Position numbers and translations under genes: made by a program. DNA of 33,267 bases from a virus (Duplodnaviria > Caudoviricetes), in IMG/VR virus record IMGVR_UViG_3300017747_004125, positions 1 through 33,267 of that record. One strand, given 5' to 3'. The notes beneath the pieces were generated by a model that was given only the letters and a program-made list of their open reading frames with translations, searched no databases and was not told where the DNA came from. This document shows, piece after piece, positions 24,088 through 33,267 of this stretch (position 1 is the stretch's first letter; each line of letters opens with the position of its first letter).

Positions 24088-24549
24088 TTACGGGAGGTCT
24101 GCGGCCGTGAGGATAGCCTCGGCAATGTAGATGCCGTAGATGGCCACTGCGCTGCCAGTGTTGCTACGTACTTCAACCGTGATGCTAAACCAAGTAGAAG
24201 GTGGAATGCCTGTGATTTCGTCGATGTAGCAGCCCGGTCCACCGGTGCTGACAGTGACCGCGCCATAGGAGGTGGTCACGCGCACGTCGCAGTCGTCAGA
24301 GGCTATCACACCAATGAGAATGGTGCCGTTCGCACTAGCCAGCAGACTGGCCTGCAGGCCGTAGGCTATCTGATAGGTTGCCGAACCGGTGGTGATGACG
24401 GCCGGTAGGCTGGCAATCATGCGTCGACGGGTGGCAAACAAGAAGCGGTCACGCTTGACCATGTTGAGCAGGCTGCTGGCTTGAATGGTGTCACCCGCCA
24501 ACAAGCCCGTAGTGAGGGGCGGCTCGATAGGAGATACGGTGAAGGCCAT
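24088..24549 (-). CDS. Minor tail / fibre-associated protein (putative)
   Basis: Beta-rich 153 aa, TAATG-coupled to the upstream tail gene. Confidence 0.55.
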   Translation of the reverse strand: MAFTVSPIEPPLTTGLLAGDTIQASSLLNMVKRDRFLFATRRRMIASLPAVITTGSATYQIAYGLQASLLASANGTILIGVIASDDCDVRVTTSYGAVTVSTGGPGCYIDEITGIPPSTWFSITVEVRSNTGSAVAIYGIYIAEAILTAADLP

Positions 24550-25961
24550 TAGAGCACCCTGCAGTTGAAGCCGTAGACGTAGATGTCGGATGTGGTTGCA
24601 AGTCGCCCGATGTAGACTGCGTCAGAGGTGCCCGTGCTGCCTTGGTTGATGTCGTTGATTGCGTTGGGGCCCCACACAAAGCGCACCGGCAGGCCCATGA
24701 GGGCTTGGTCGAGGTCCATGGCATCACGCATGCCCCAGTTGCCGTCGCCGGCAAGCACGCCGTTCATGAAGACGGCAGCACCTTCACGAGGCTCCATCGT
24801 AGTCTGGCCTGTCACGCGCGGCACCGGCACGCTGGTCTTCACCACATCGGTGCCGATTGTGTTGCCCTGGTAGTCGAGCACGCTGAAGGTGAGGTCTGGT
24901 GCATTCTGCGTCTGGTCGATGGCCACAGCCCGGAAGCTGACGTTGAGTGTCTGCACCGACTTGTTGGTCTGAATGAAGAAGGCGAAGGTGGCCACGCTGC
25001 CTGCCCTAATCACCTGACCAAGCAGCCCGCCTCGGCTCAAGCTCGTGCATGCATCGGGCTGCAGGAGCGGCATGAACGCATCGATTTTGTTGTTGAGTCG
25101 GGTGATAGGCGTTGTCTGCTGGTAGACATACGGTGGAGGGTTGTTGTTGGGGTTGCTGTAGGTCTCGACCGAGATGCTGAAGAGCTCGAGACGGCCGAGC
25201 TCGTACAGGTAGCTGGTGATGGTCGGCTTTGGACCACCGCCTGTGGTCGTTGGGAAGATAGGCGGGTTGACCTCGATGCTCGGCCAGACCGTCAGCACGC
25301 CCTCTGGCGGGATAGATGCGCCGACATTGTGCTTGAAGGTGCACACTTGGTACTTGTGCAGCGGATCACCGAGAGGCGATGGCTGTGCCGCACCGGTGCC
25401 AAGCACCAGCATGTGATACATCTCGTGGAATGAGCCAGGTGCATAGGAGAAGGGGAATGCTCCGCTGTCGTCCTCGCAAAAGACCTGATTGTCGACCGCG
25501 CCATTGACCAGCACAGAGCCAACGGTCTCCTCTCCGATGTCAGACTCCCACGAGACATGGAAGGCACGCAGGCCGCTCACCTGATTCGTGACGTAGGGGA
25601 TTGAGACCGACGTAGGGGTTGCAGTGCCGGCCACATGCTGGCTCACGGTCACGCCTGCGTCAATGTCTCGAATGTGGATGGTGCCACCGAGCGCAGGGTT
25701 AGTGGTCCGGCAGAACACCTTGAAGGCATAGGTGCCAGACGCTACGCCAACGTTGACTGTCACCACCGTGCCGCGCCGGCCGAAGATAGATGCCCACTTG
25801 ACCTTGGCAGCACCGGCCGATGTGGTTTGGTAGCTGAAGGTGGACAGCCGCGTGAGCTCATCAGTGTAGCTGTTCTGGTTGTCGGTGAGCCGCTTGCCCA
25901 CGAAGGCCGACAGCGGCTGGTCAGGCATGACCGCATCATCATCTAGTTTGGTCCAGCTCAT
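24549..25961 (-). CDS. Tail fibre / receptor-binding or baseplate protein (putative)
   Basis: Thr/Gly/Val-rich beta protein after the hub gene; start set at ATG 25961 (ATGA overlap). Confidence 0.55.
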   Translation of the reverse strand: MSWTKLDDDAVMPDQPLSAFVGKRLTDNQNSYTDELTRLSTFSYQTTSAGAAKVKWASIFGRRGTVVTVNVGVASGTYAFKVFCRTTNPALGGTIHIRDIDAGVTVSQHVAGTATPTSVSIPYVTNQVSGLRAFHVSWESDIGEETVGSVLVNGAVDNQVFCEDDSGAFPFSYAPGSFHEMYHMLVLGTGAAQPSPLGDPLHKYQVCTFKHNVGASIPPEGVLTVWPSIEVNPPIFPTTTGGGPKPTITSYLYELGRLELFSISVETYSNPNNNPPPYVYQQTTPITRLNNKIDAFMPLLQPDACTSLSRGGLLGQVIRAGSVATFAFFIQTNKSVQTLNVSFRAVAIDQTQNAPDLTFSVLDYQGNTIGTDVVKTSVPVPRVTGQTTMEPREGAAVFMNGVLAGDGNWGMRDAMDLDQALMGLPVRFVWGPNAINDINQGSTGTSDAVYIGRLATTSDIYVYGFNCRVL

Positions 25962-28456
25962 GGCACCCACGTCTTAGAGTAAGCAATCACACCGTCTACC
26001 TGCCTGTTGTTGTCGGCCAAGAAGGTATCGTAGATGATACTAAGGCCGGCGCCGAAGTAGGTAGCAGGAGCCAGCACGATGATGTCACCCGGCACAGCAT
26101 AGGCATCGAAGCCCGGCAGGGTCATGAGGTTGCCAACGGTGTTCACGCCAGTGAGCGCACCTTGGTACTTGAGGGTGCCGTAGGTGTCGAGGAGCTGCAC
26201 GTCGTACCATGAGCCGAGCAGCTGCTGGGTGAAGAGGAACGCCTGCACATCCGAGATAGGCGCACCAGGAGGTGCGAGGATAGGCGCTTGAATGAATGCG
26301 TTAGAATCAACCTCAATGTTGTCACCGCCTAACACATCGACCACGAGGGCCGAGCATGACCAGTACGAGAGCTGCGTGGTCGTGGACAGGTAGCCGGGCA
26401 AGATGATGGTGTAGGCCGTGGTTGGCGTTTTCCATGACCGTCCTGCCTTGAGCACGTAGCCAAGGGCAGTGACGACACCCATCTCGCCCTCGCTGTTGAC
26501 GATGTTGTCAAAGGTGCAGGCGACCTGCTGGCCAACCTCGAGGTCGAGCACCGAGTCACGCAGCGACACGTCGAGGCGAGCCGCGCTCTGGCTGTATCGC
26601 ATGAGCAGGCCGAAGGCGTTGGCCATCAGCCGAGTGTCACCCCAGAAACTGTCGTTAGGATTCATCCTGCCTGCCATCCAATGGCTGACCGTCATCTCCT
26701 TGCCGAGCGCGCTGCTGGCGAGGTCCACATTGAGGTAGGGCACCTCGTAGGTGGTAGCGTTGACGTCGATGTCGATGCAGTACTTGGCCTTCACTCGCAT
26801 GAGGCACATGCCCCTGTCGAAAGTCAGCTTGATGCTGGGGTCCGACAGCGCGCCATCGTTCACAAAGGCCGGCACCTGCCGAGTGCCAGCCCATGAGCCA
26901 AAGTAGAACTTGCCCTGGTCATAGACCATGTAGGCACCGAGCCGCTTCAGTATCTCATCGAGCACCTCACCCACGGTCTTAGCCGAGGTGTGCGCGTAAG
27001 GAAGAATCACGCGCTGCGTGGTAACAGTCGTGACTGTAAGGCCCGGAACGTATTGCACGATGTCCGGGTAGTCTAGGCCAGCCATCAAATCAGCAAGGCT
27101 CGACAGGTCGATGAGGTCGCCGATGTCAGCATAGGGAAACGGCAGCCATGCCGACTCGGTGGCCGAGCGAGCACCTTGGCTAAGCGTCGGGTCTGCGTTG
27201 TAGGTGCCGAGTAGCAGGTCGATGATGACCGAGGGCATGTCGGCACTCTCAATGCAGTTCTCGCCACGCACCGAGGGCGCCTGTTGCTGCGCATCTGACC
27301 ACCAGTTGTTGCTGTTCAATCGGTTGGCGTCTGAGTAGCCATCGCTCCGACGGTGAGCAGACACCCCGATGTACAGGTTGATAGGTGGTCCGTAGCCGCC
27401 TGTGTCGTAGTAACCATCCTTGAAGCACATGGCATAGGAGTTCGTGGTCGCGGTCTGGTTGCCGTTGAAGTCCAAGTAGACCGAGTTGTTGACCGTGATG
27501 ACGCCAGGAGAGTCGTAGTTCTCCAACGGCACACTGATGCCGCCCGTACCCTCTTCTCGCACCTGCCACAGGCTCACTACCGTGTCGCCAACCTGCGGGC
27601 TCAAGGGGTCGAACCGAGGGCCGAAGACCTCCGGCACCCATGGCGTGGTCAGCTTGGTTTGTATCACATCAGCATTCTGGTTTGTCTGATAGATGACACC
27701 AGCAGGCCGTGTGGTGTCGGCCGTCACAGCCCCCCATGCCGGAATGAACGGCGCCGACTTGAGGTAAGCCATCATGCTCGAGCAATCGACCTTGATGAGG
27801 TTCTGCTGCCCGCTCGAGGTGTCGTTGCTCACCTTGCTGATGTAGCCGCGGAAGATGACCTCAGGTGTGATGCTGTCGAGGTCCACCGTCTCGATGACCA
27901 CAGGCAGCTGCTCGCACCCACCCAGCGGGTTGCCGTTGCTCACATCGTAGATGCGGCAGCCGAGCGGCTCGTTGCCAACGCCCTGCTGCGTCATGCCGAT
28001 AGGCACGTTGGCGCAGCCCCATGCGCGCGCGCCAACCAGCGTGCCGCTGTTGCTGATTATCTTGAAGACCGTGTTCTGAATGCGGTAGTAGTTGCCCACC
28101 GTGAACACCGCAGAAGCAGGCACCGGGATGGTCACCGGTCCTGATGCAGGGGAGATGTAGCCGGTGGTGCGCATCGGCTGGTTCTGCGCAGAGGGGTCGC
28201 GCACCTCAACCTTGCCACGACTCAGCAGAATAGCGCGCGTTGCCGCCGTCGAGAGCACCGTGAAGCTGGTGGTGCTATCCGAGCCCATCGAGCCGAACAC
28301 CGCTATCTCGCTGCTGAGCTGGTCAGTCAGAGACACCACCGTGCCCTCAAGCGCAGTAGGGTACAGCGGGTGTGCACGAGTCGTGAAGGTGGCAGGCAAC
28401 ACCGTGGTCGTATCGCCCACACCGAGTATCTTGATGGCTACAACGCGGTTGCTCAT
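25958..28456 (-). CDS. Baseplate hub / tail tip protein (putative)
   Basis: 832 aa, second gene after the tape measure; IFRGYISKV...IKVDCSS is a tail-tip-like segment. Confidence 0.65.
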   Translation of the reverse strand: MSNRVVAIKILGVGDTTTVLPATFTTRAHPLYPTALEGTVVSLTDQLSSEIAVFGSMGSDSTTSFTVLSTAATRAILLSRGKVEVRDPSAQNQPMRTTGYISPASGPVTIPVPASAVFTVGNYYRIQNTVFKIISNSGTLVGARAWGCANVPIGMTQQGVGNEPLGCRIYDVSNGNPLGGCEQLPVVIETVDLDSITPEVIFRGYISKVSNDTSSGQQNLIKVDCSSMMAYLKSAPFIPAWGAVTADTTRPAGVIYQTNQNADVIQTKLTTPWVPEVFGPRFDPLSPQVGDTVVSLWQVREEGTGGISVPLENYDSPGVITVNNSVYLDFNGNQTATTNSYAMCFKDGYYDTGGYGPPINLYIGVSAHRRSDGYSDANRLNSNNWWSDAQQQAPSVRGENCIESADMPSVIIDLLLGTYNADPTLSQGARSATESAWLPFPYADIGDLIDLSSLADLMAGLDYPDIVQYVPGLTVTTVTTQRVILPYAHTSAKTVGEVLDEILKRLGAYMVYDQGKFYFGSWAGTRQVPAFVNDGALSDPSIKLTFDRGMCLMRVKAKYCIDIDVNATTYEVPYLNVDLASSALGKEMTVSHWMAGRMNPNDSFWGDTRLMANAFGLLMRYSQSAARLDVSLRDSVLDLEVGQQVACTFDNIVNSEGEMGVVTALGYVLKAGRSWKTPTTAYTIILPGYLSTTTQLSYWSCSALVVDVLGGDNIEVDSNAFIQAPILAPPGAPISDVQAFLFTQQLLGSWYDVQLLDTYGTLKYQGALTGVNTVGNLMTLPGFDAYAVPGDIIVLAPATYFGAGLSIIYDTFLADNNRQVDGVIAYSKTWVP

Positions 28457-29286
28457 TAGGTCTCACCTCGGAAGATGAGGCCAGCCGTCGACCAGAGCCG
28501 TGGCTCATCGGCCGCCGTCACGAAGTCCTCGGCCGAGCCCTTGTTGCTCACTCCCGGCATGCGGCACACCTGATAGGTGCCAGGTATCGTGCCTTCAGCC
28601 GTTGCTGCCTCACGGTAGAGCCGGAAGGTGACGCCCTGCGCCGCTGCCTCGATGAGGCCCTCAAGCGTGTTGTTGGGGTCACCAAGCATGCGGTTGGCTG
28701 CCGTCGCATAAATCTGAATGTTGGCGAACCAGCGGGTGTAGTTGGCTGCGCAAAAGATGGTGCTGAGCATCTCGAGGTCAGCGACCGCGCCCCAGTTGAC
28801 CACGTCGGTGGTCAGGCCGCTCATGTCGCTTGAGCTCGAAGCCGCCCGCTGCGTCAGCATACGCCGCACGTCGCCTGCCAAGCCAGCAGGGCCCCAGAAC
28901 ATGCCCGGGTTGATGGTCGTGCTCTTGCTGGTTGGGATGTTAGTCCAAACCACTGTCTGTGTCGCAAAACCGAACTTGTTGGCCATGGCTACCGTGCCAA
29001 AGTCCACCGTGAAGTTCGTGCCGGTAGTGTAGGCCCATGTGATACCAAGCGGGCTGTTAGCCGGGTACGTGCCGTCAGAGTAGTCATAGGTGGTGGTGGT
29101 GACCGTGCCGGCACCTATCACCGTGTTGATGGCGTCTCGCAGGTAGTCGGCTACCGAGTCAGCCGAGGCCGTCTTGAGCGTCGTGCTGACGATGCCGAAG
29201 CCGTAGCGCGTCTGTGCCGGGAATGATGTGCCGTTGACCGTGATAGGGCCGACCGTGTCTGCCCAGGTGATGAGGGGGAAGTTCAT
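28456..29286 (-). CDS. Distal tail protein-like (putative)
   Basis: Immediately after the tape measure gene, TAATG coupling. Confidence 0.55.
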   Translation of the reverse strand: MNFPLITWADTVGPITVNGTSFPAQTRYGFGIVSTTLKTASADSVADYLRDAINTVIGAGTVTTTTYDYSDGTYPANSPLGITWAYTTGTNFTVDFGTVAMANKFGFATQTVVWTNIPTSKSTTINPGMFWGPAGLAGDVRRMLTQRAASSSSDMSGLTTDVVNWGAVADLEMLSTIFCAANYTRWFANIQIYATAANRMLGDPNNTLEGLIEAAAQGVTFRLYREAATAEGTIPGTYQVCRMPGVSNKGSAEDFVTAADEPRLWSTAGLIFRGET

Positions 29287-31061
29287 TAGAAGGCACCTTG
29301 TTGGAGCAGGCCGCGCTGGCGTGCGCTCTCCTGCATCATGGCGAACTGACGGGCCACGCTCTCACCATCGGCAAAGGCCGAGTCGATGCGCATGTTGAAT
29401 GAGTAGTTGTTCACAGGAGCCGAGGCACTGTCAGCCTTCTCGCTCGCTGGCGTTGACCCTACTGCCTTCTTGTCGGCCGAGAGCGCGCCACCGATGGCAT
29501 AGGCCGCCACGCCCGCCGCAGCCATCGGGATAGCCAAGGGGTTGAGCGAGGCAGCCATCAGACCCGCCTCGGCCATCGCCTTGTCGCCTAGGCCCATGAT
29601 GACGTTGCCGAGCTGCTTACGAGCCATGTCTGCAGCCTTCTTGGCCGACAGCTCGCCAATGGCCATCTGCTTGGCAGAGGTCTGCAGGTAGAGGGTCAGC
29701 TCCTGCTGCGTGCGGTCCTTGACCGACTGCACCCGCTCCTCATCGAGCTTCTTCTGCTCCTCCTCGGTCAGCTTGCCCTGCGCGTGAAGCTCGGCAATGT
29801 GGTCGAGCTCCATCTGCTTGGTGAAGTCCAGGAACGCCTGCTCCTTGGCTGCCTTCTCGGCATTGTGCGCGTCGATGCGCTCGAGCTCAGCCTTGAGCCG
29901 GTCAAGTTCCATGGCCTGCTCGGCACGGTCGTTAGAGTACTTGAGGTCGGCCAGCTCCTTGGCCTCGCGCTTCTCGCGCTCAACCGGGTCTTCTTCGGCT
30001 ATCGTGCTCTTGCCAATGCTGTTGGTACGAACCGGGGTCTTGGCCGCAGTGCCGAACTCTCGGAGCTCCTCCTGCGTCTGCCTTCTGATTTCAAGTTGTG
30101 CCGCCGCTTCGTCTCGAATGTTGGCCGCGCCTTCCTTGAGAATGGCCAGCTCGATGACCGCTCGCTCATCACCATACTTCTTGGTGATAGCCGTGATGCT
30201 GCCTTGACCGTCGATGACGGTCTTCTTCATGTTTGCGACCTCCTCCTCGGCACGACGACCTTGGAGGGCTATCTGCTCGGCACTCATGCCGGTAGTGTTC
30301 TCGTAGCTCTTGCGAATCTCGTATTCGTACTTGCCCGCGAGCTGCTGCCGAATGCTGAGCGACTGCTTATCCATCTCGACCGCGCGCTCGAGCTTCTTGC
30401 CGATGGCGACCAGTTCGCCCTGGCCGGCTGCCTCGGCCGCCTCCTGCAGGATGGCCTTCTTCTCGGTGATGCGGGCCTTTGCTGCCGCTTCAGCCTTCTC
30501 GGCCTCCTCCTTTGACTTGTTGATAGACTCTTGGAACTTCTTGCCCTCTTTGGTCGCCTCGCTCTCCCAGTAGGCTATGTCAAAGAACGCATCGCCAATC
30601 TTAGCCAGAGGGGTCAGAGCGTTGTCAGCCGCAGTGGCAACCGTGCCGAGCAGCTGGCTCATGCGCTCGGCCTGCTGGTTCATGTCGCCGCCGCCGAGCA
30701 CCGCCTTGGCAAAGGCACCAGAGATGCCATCCATCTGCTGCTCGAGCTTCTCCCAAGTCTTCTGCCCCTCCTGACCATAGGACCGGAACAGCTTCTCGCT
30801 GCTGTCCAGGAACGCACCCACCACCGCCTTGGCACCGGTGAACGCGACACCGATGCCACCGATAGCAGTAATGGCCGCAGGACCACCTATCTTGTTGATG
30901 AGGTTGCCCGCTGCGATGTCGGCTTGGTCGGCTACCTCTCGCAACTGGTCGGTGAGCTTCTTGCCCCCGTCACCGAGGTCGCCCATGGCCTTCTTGGCCT
31001 TGCCAAGCTCGCTGACTAGGCCACTGCTGTCGCCATCAATCTCTGCAACCGTCTTAGCCAT
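29286..31061 (-). CDS. Tail tape measure protein
   Basis: 591 aa, Ala/Glu/Lys/Gln-rich and helical; N-terminus EIDGDSSGL; directly follows the frameshifted chaperone pair. Confidence 0.85.
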   Translation of the reverse strand: MAKTVAEIDGDSSGLVSELGKAKKAMGDLGDGGKKLTDQLREVADQADIAAGNLINKIGGPAAITAIGGIGVAFTGAKAVVGAFLDSSEKLFRSYGQEGQKTWEKLEQQMDGISGAFAKAVLGGGDMNQQAERMSQLLGTVATAADNALTPLAKIGDAFFDIAYWESEATKEGKKFQESINKSKEEAEKAEAAAKARITEKKAILQEAAEAAGQGELVAIGKKLERAVEMDKQSLSIRQQLAGKYEYEIRKSYENTTGMSAEQIALQGRRAEEEVANMKKTVIDGQGSITAITKKYGDERAVIELAILKEGAANIRDEAAAQLEIRRQTQEELREFGTAAKTPVRTNSIGKSTIAEEDPVEREKREAKELADLKYSNDRAEQAMELDRLKAELERIDAHNAEKAAKEQAFLDFTKQMELDHIAELHAQGKLTEEEQKKLDEERVQSVKDRTQQELTLYLQTSAKQMAIGELSAKKAADMARKQLGNVIMGLGDKAMAEAGLMAASLNPLAIPMAAAGVAAYAIGGALSADKKAVGSTPASEKADSASAPVNNYSFNMRIDSAFADGESVARQFAMMQESARQRGLLQQGAF

Positions 31062-31064
31062 GGG

Positions 31065-31445
31065 TCAGCCCTTACCGAACATCTGTGCTATGCGCTCGGC
31101 CGACTTGCGCTTGTGCTCCTCGTACCGTCTGCCCCCTTCCTGCAGCTCGTATTGCACAAAGGTGGCTAGTTCAAGTTGGCTGTGCGTCAGGTCGCGAACC
31201 GTCACCACAGGACTGCCGCGCTCTATCCACTTGCCCACGCGGTTGGCCTCCCAGAAGCCGCTAGGCTCGGTCGTGAGCACGAGGCAGGTGGTCGGCTGCG
31301 CCTCCATCTCCTCGTGACCTAGACCCTGCCTGTAACCCATCGTGCAGCCTCGCTCGTGCCGTGTTGCGTCAGGACACTCCCAGCATCGGAAGCCATGCGA
31401 CATCGTCAGCCGGGCAAAGTCACGCCACGCTACACGGCTGAAGTT
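31065..31445 (-). CDS. Tail assembly chaperone frameshift extension (lambda gpT-like)
   Basis: The -1 frame is open from the slippery site (NFSRVAWRDFARLT) and in frame with MSHGFRCWECPD (ATG 31403). Confidence 0.8.
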   Translation of the reverse strand, partial: NFSRVAWRDFARLTMSHGFRCWECPDATRHERGCTMGYRQGLGHEEMEAQPTTCLVLTTEPSGFWEANRVGKWIERGSPVVTVRDLTHSQLELATFVQYELQEGGRRYEEHKRKSAERIAQMFGKG

Positions 31446-31789
31446 TTTGGGTAGCCCACCGACGCTACCTCACTCGCAATCGTGTTGAGGTCCACCCACG
31501 GGATGCGCACCAGCCACTCAGACCGAGCCGCTGGCGTGGCCTCCTTGTCGAGCTCCTTGGCGAAGCCCTCAGAGGCCGACACACAAGCCGTGAGCAGAGT
31601 CACATTGAGCTGCACAAACGCCTCGAGCGCACCAGCGTCAGCATCCTCGGCACGCAACCGAGTGCGCGCCTTCTCGAGCGCGCCGTAGTACCTTGCACCC
31701 TCGAGCGCGTTAGGCTCGCGCACCAGCAGCCGGCCCTTCTGGCCCTTGACCTCTACCTCAAGCCACACATTCTCGTTGAACTCAATCAT
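31430..31789 (-). CDS. Tail assembly chaperone (lambda gpG-like)
   Basis: 119 aa between tail tube and tape measure genes, with a slippery site near its stop. Confidence 0.8.
   Translation of the reverse strand: MIEFNENVWLEVEVKGQKGRLLVREPNALEGARYYGALEKARTRLRAEDADAGALEAFVQLNVTLLTACVSASEGFAKELDKEATPAARSEWLVRIPWVDLNTIASEVASVGYPKTSAV
31445..31451 (-). other. Programmed -1 ribosomal frameshift heptamer C CCA AAA
   Basis: TAC CCA AAA ACT near the end of the chaperone gene is a correctly phased X XXY YYZ heptamer. Confidence 0.85.
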
Positions 31790-31809
31790 CCCATCCCCCT
31801 TGGTGCCGA

Positions 31810-32853
31810 CTATACCGGCGAGTAGAAACCAATCGAACCAATGTCAGCCACGCTGTTGGCGTTGACGATGCCAGCAAACTTGAGCCCGATGTTGCGGTAC
31901 CCGTTGCTCTCGCCTGGCGTCGGCCACTGCACCAGCTGCGGCTCGTTAAGGGTAAACACCACCGAGGTGTCGACGGCAATCGTTAATGTAACATCAAGCG
32001 CAGTGCTCTGTACAAGGTTACTCTGTGCGTCACCCCAGGCAGGCTGCAAGTTCTCAGACAGGTCAGCTACCTCAAGTTCAATCGAGGGCGAGCTGGTCAG
32101 AGAAATCATCGCGATGCCCATGCCGTATTCTTCCTTGGCATCGAGCACATCCGACAGCGCAAAGCCCGGGTCGTAGGTCACCTTGGCAAGAGCCGAGGTC
32201 GAGCCGCCGAGCGGTGAGATTACCGACAGGCTAGCGTTGGTGCCAATGAGCGGCGCAGGGTAGGTGTAGGTTGGAACCAACGGCGTGCTGTCAGTGACCG
32301 GCCGCCACTGGCCCTTGATGGACCACTCGACCATAATCTTGCCACCGGCCTCAAACGAGAACTTCGGGATGCACACGCAGCCCTTGGCCTCGTAACGCTT
32401 CGCACCAATCTCCTCGTAGGCAATCGAGAACGTCGAGCACTGGTTGTTGGCAACCGAGCGAGACGCCGACAAGTCGTAAAGAGCCTGGCTGATGAACTTG
32501 AAGTCGTTGGTGCCGCCACTCGCAATCTTGAACGGGCACGACCGCAGCAGAGCGTAGAGCACCGTGTTCGTGCCCGTCGGATTGGCAGTGAACGCATTGG
32601 AGCCGAAGTTCCAGTAGAGCTCGGTCGTGAAGCTGATGTCCCAGCCGATACCGCCGGTCTTGGCCGCGAGCTCACCGCCGTAGGGGGTCATGACATCAGC
32701 ACGACGGATGATGCCAGGACCACGAGGCGTGAACTTAGGCGTGCCAACGGTCGGCACGAAGTCGCCGCCGGCAGGTGCAACGAAGGTGCCCGGCGTGGTC
32801 TCGAGCTTGATGTATACGCCGCTTGTATTACTCGCATTCAATACTTGAGCCAT
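31810..32853 (-). CDS. Major tail tube protein
   Basis: 347 aa, N-terminal IKLETTPGT motif, GAGG RBS; upstream of chaperone and tape measure genes. Confidence 0.75.
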   Translation of the reverse strand: MAQVLNASNTSGVYIKLETTPGTFVAPAGGDFVPTVGTPKFTPRGPGIIRRADVMTPYGGELAAKTGGIGWDISFTTELYWNFGSNAFTANPTGTNTVLYALLRSCPFKIASGGTNDFKFISQALYDLSASRSVANNQCSTFSIAYEEIGAKRYEAKGCVCIPKFSFEAGGKIMVEWSIKGQWRPVTDSTPLVPTYTYPAPLIGTNASLSVISPLGGSTSALAKVTYDPGFALSDVLDAKEEYGMGIAMISLTSSPSIELEVADLSENLQPAWGDAQSNLVQSTALDVTLTIAVDTSVVFTLNEPQLVQWPTPGESNGYRNIGLKFAGIVNANSVADIGSIGFYSPV

Positions 32854-32856
32854 GGT

Positions 32857-33267
32857 CTACCTCGCTATGCCCCTGCGCTGGTGCACAAGGATTGTTGCTC
32901 TGATGGTCTGCTGTATGACCGTCTGCCCCGTGTCATCGAGGCCAACCGCAAAGTCGGTCGGGGTCACGCCTGTGCCCGGGTAACAGTTGAAGATGCCCGT
33001 CTGCACGAAGTTAGGGGTGTTCTGGTTGCGAGCATCGTAGTTCACGAAGCCATACACAGGGCTCGTGAGGATGAGCAAGATGCCCTCGATGTACGCACGC
33101 AGCGCCGTCTCGTAGGCCTCCTCCGTGAACGGGGTCACCGTCGACAGAGGCTGCGCCGTGCCGTTGCTATCGTAGTAGCCCCAGTCGGCATTCACCGACA
33201 CCTCGAGCTCGTGCACTTGGTCCATGGCACCCAGCGCGTCGATAATCTCGCTCGAGGTGCGCAGGAC
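32857..33267 (-). CDS. Tail terminator-like protein (partial, 5' end outside the window)
   Basis: The frame is open to the window end (VLRTSSEIIDALGAMDQVHELEVSV...) and precedes the tail tube gene. Confidence 0.55.
   Translation of the reverse strand, partial: VLRTSSEIIDALGAMDQVHELEVSVNADWGYYDSNGTAQPLSTVTPFTEEAYETALRAYIEGILLILTSPVYGFVNYDARNQNTPNFVQTGIFNCYPGTGVTPTDFAVGLDDTGQTVIQQTIRATILVHQRRGIAR

Noticed and set aside
24072-24093. GGGGTTACGGGGTTACGGG short tandem repeat containing two GTAAC cores
   Set aside because: Only two copies, overlapping a stop codon; this could be chance or a local duplication and cannot be linked to the origin repeats.
24088-28456. Diversity-generating retroelement or invertible tail-fibre cassette
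   Set aside because: I saw no reverse transcriptase, invertase or template/variable repeat pair.
33200-33267. Direct circularisation of the two window ends
   Set aside because: I saw no terminal repeat. Joining base 1 to base 33267 puts the two partial genes out of frame, so some sequence is missing.
1-33267. Alternative genetic code or stop-codon readthrough
   Set aside because: Genes are full length and tightly packed under the standard code, using TAA, TAG and TGA as stops.

Overview
The window is a nearly complete, circularly permuted genome of a high-GC tailed phage. A siphovirus is likely, because there is a tail tube, a chaperone with a -1 frameshift and a tape measure but no sheath gene. 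The minus strand carries the late genes: terS, terL, a 1075-aa portal fusion, a Mu-I-like protease/scaffold, two paralogous decoration proteins, the major capsid protein and neck genes (9792 down to 1). These continue from the right end with tail, baseplate/fibre and lysis genes (33267 down to 21903). The plus strand (10501-21843) carries the early genes: a TOPRIM/DUF927-type primase-helicase split by a -1 frame break, a YqaJ-like exonuclease, RecT, a DCL(DUF3223)-like protein, an HNH protein, a RuvC-like resolvase and many small hypothetical genes. I recognised no integrase, CI-type repressor, DNA polymerase, tRNA or CRISPR array. The most interesting signals are: (1) a portal 'polyprotein' carrying two tandem copies of an uncharacterised domain plus a MuF-like C-terminus, with L-x-E/D motifs at the domain borders that also flank the protease/scaffold segments; (2) an identical 16-bp hairpin at the predicted 5' end of two TTGACA-type early transcripts; (3) a GTAAC-repeat/IHF-site origin- or pac-like region; (4) SSB-like acidic-PF tails on two replication/recombination proteins. 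All family assignments come from motif recognition by eye, not database searches.
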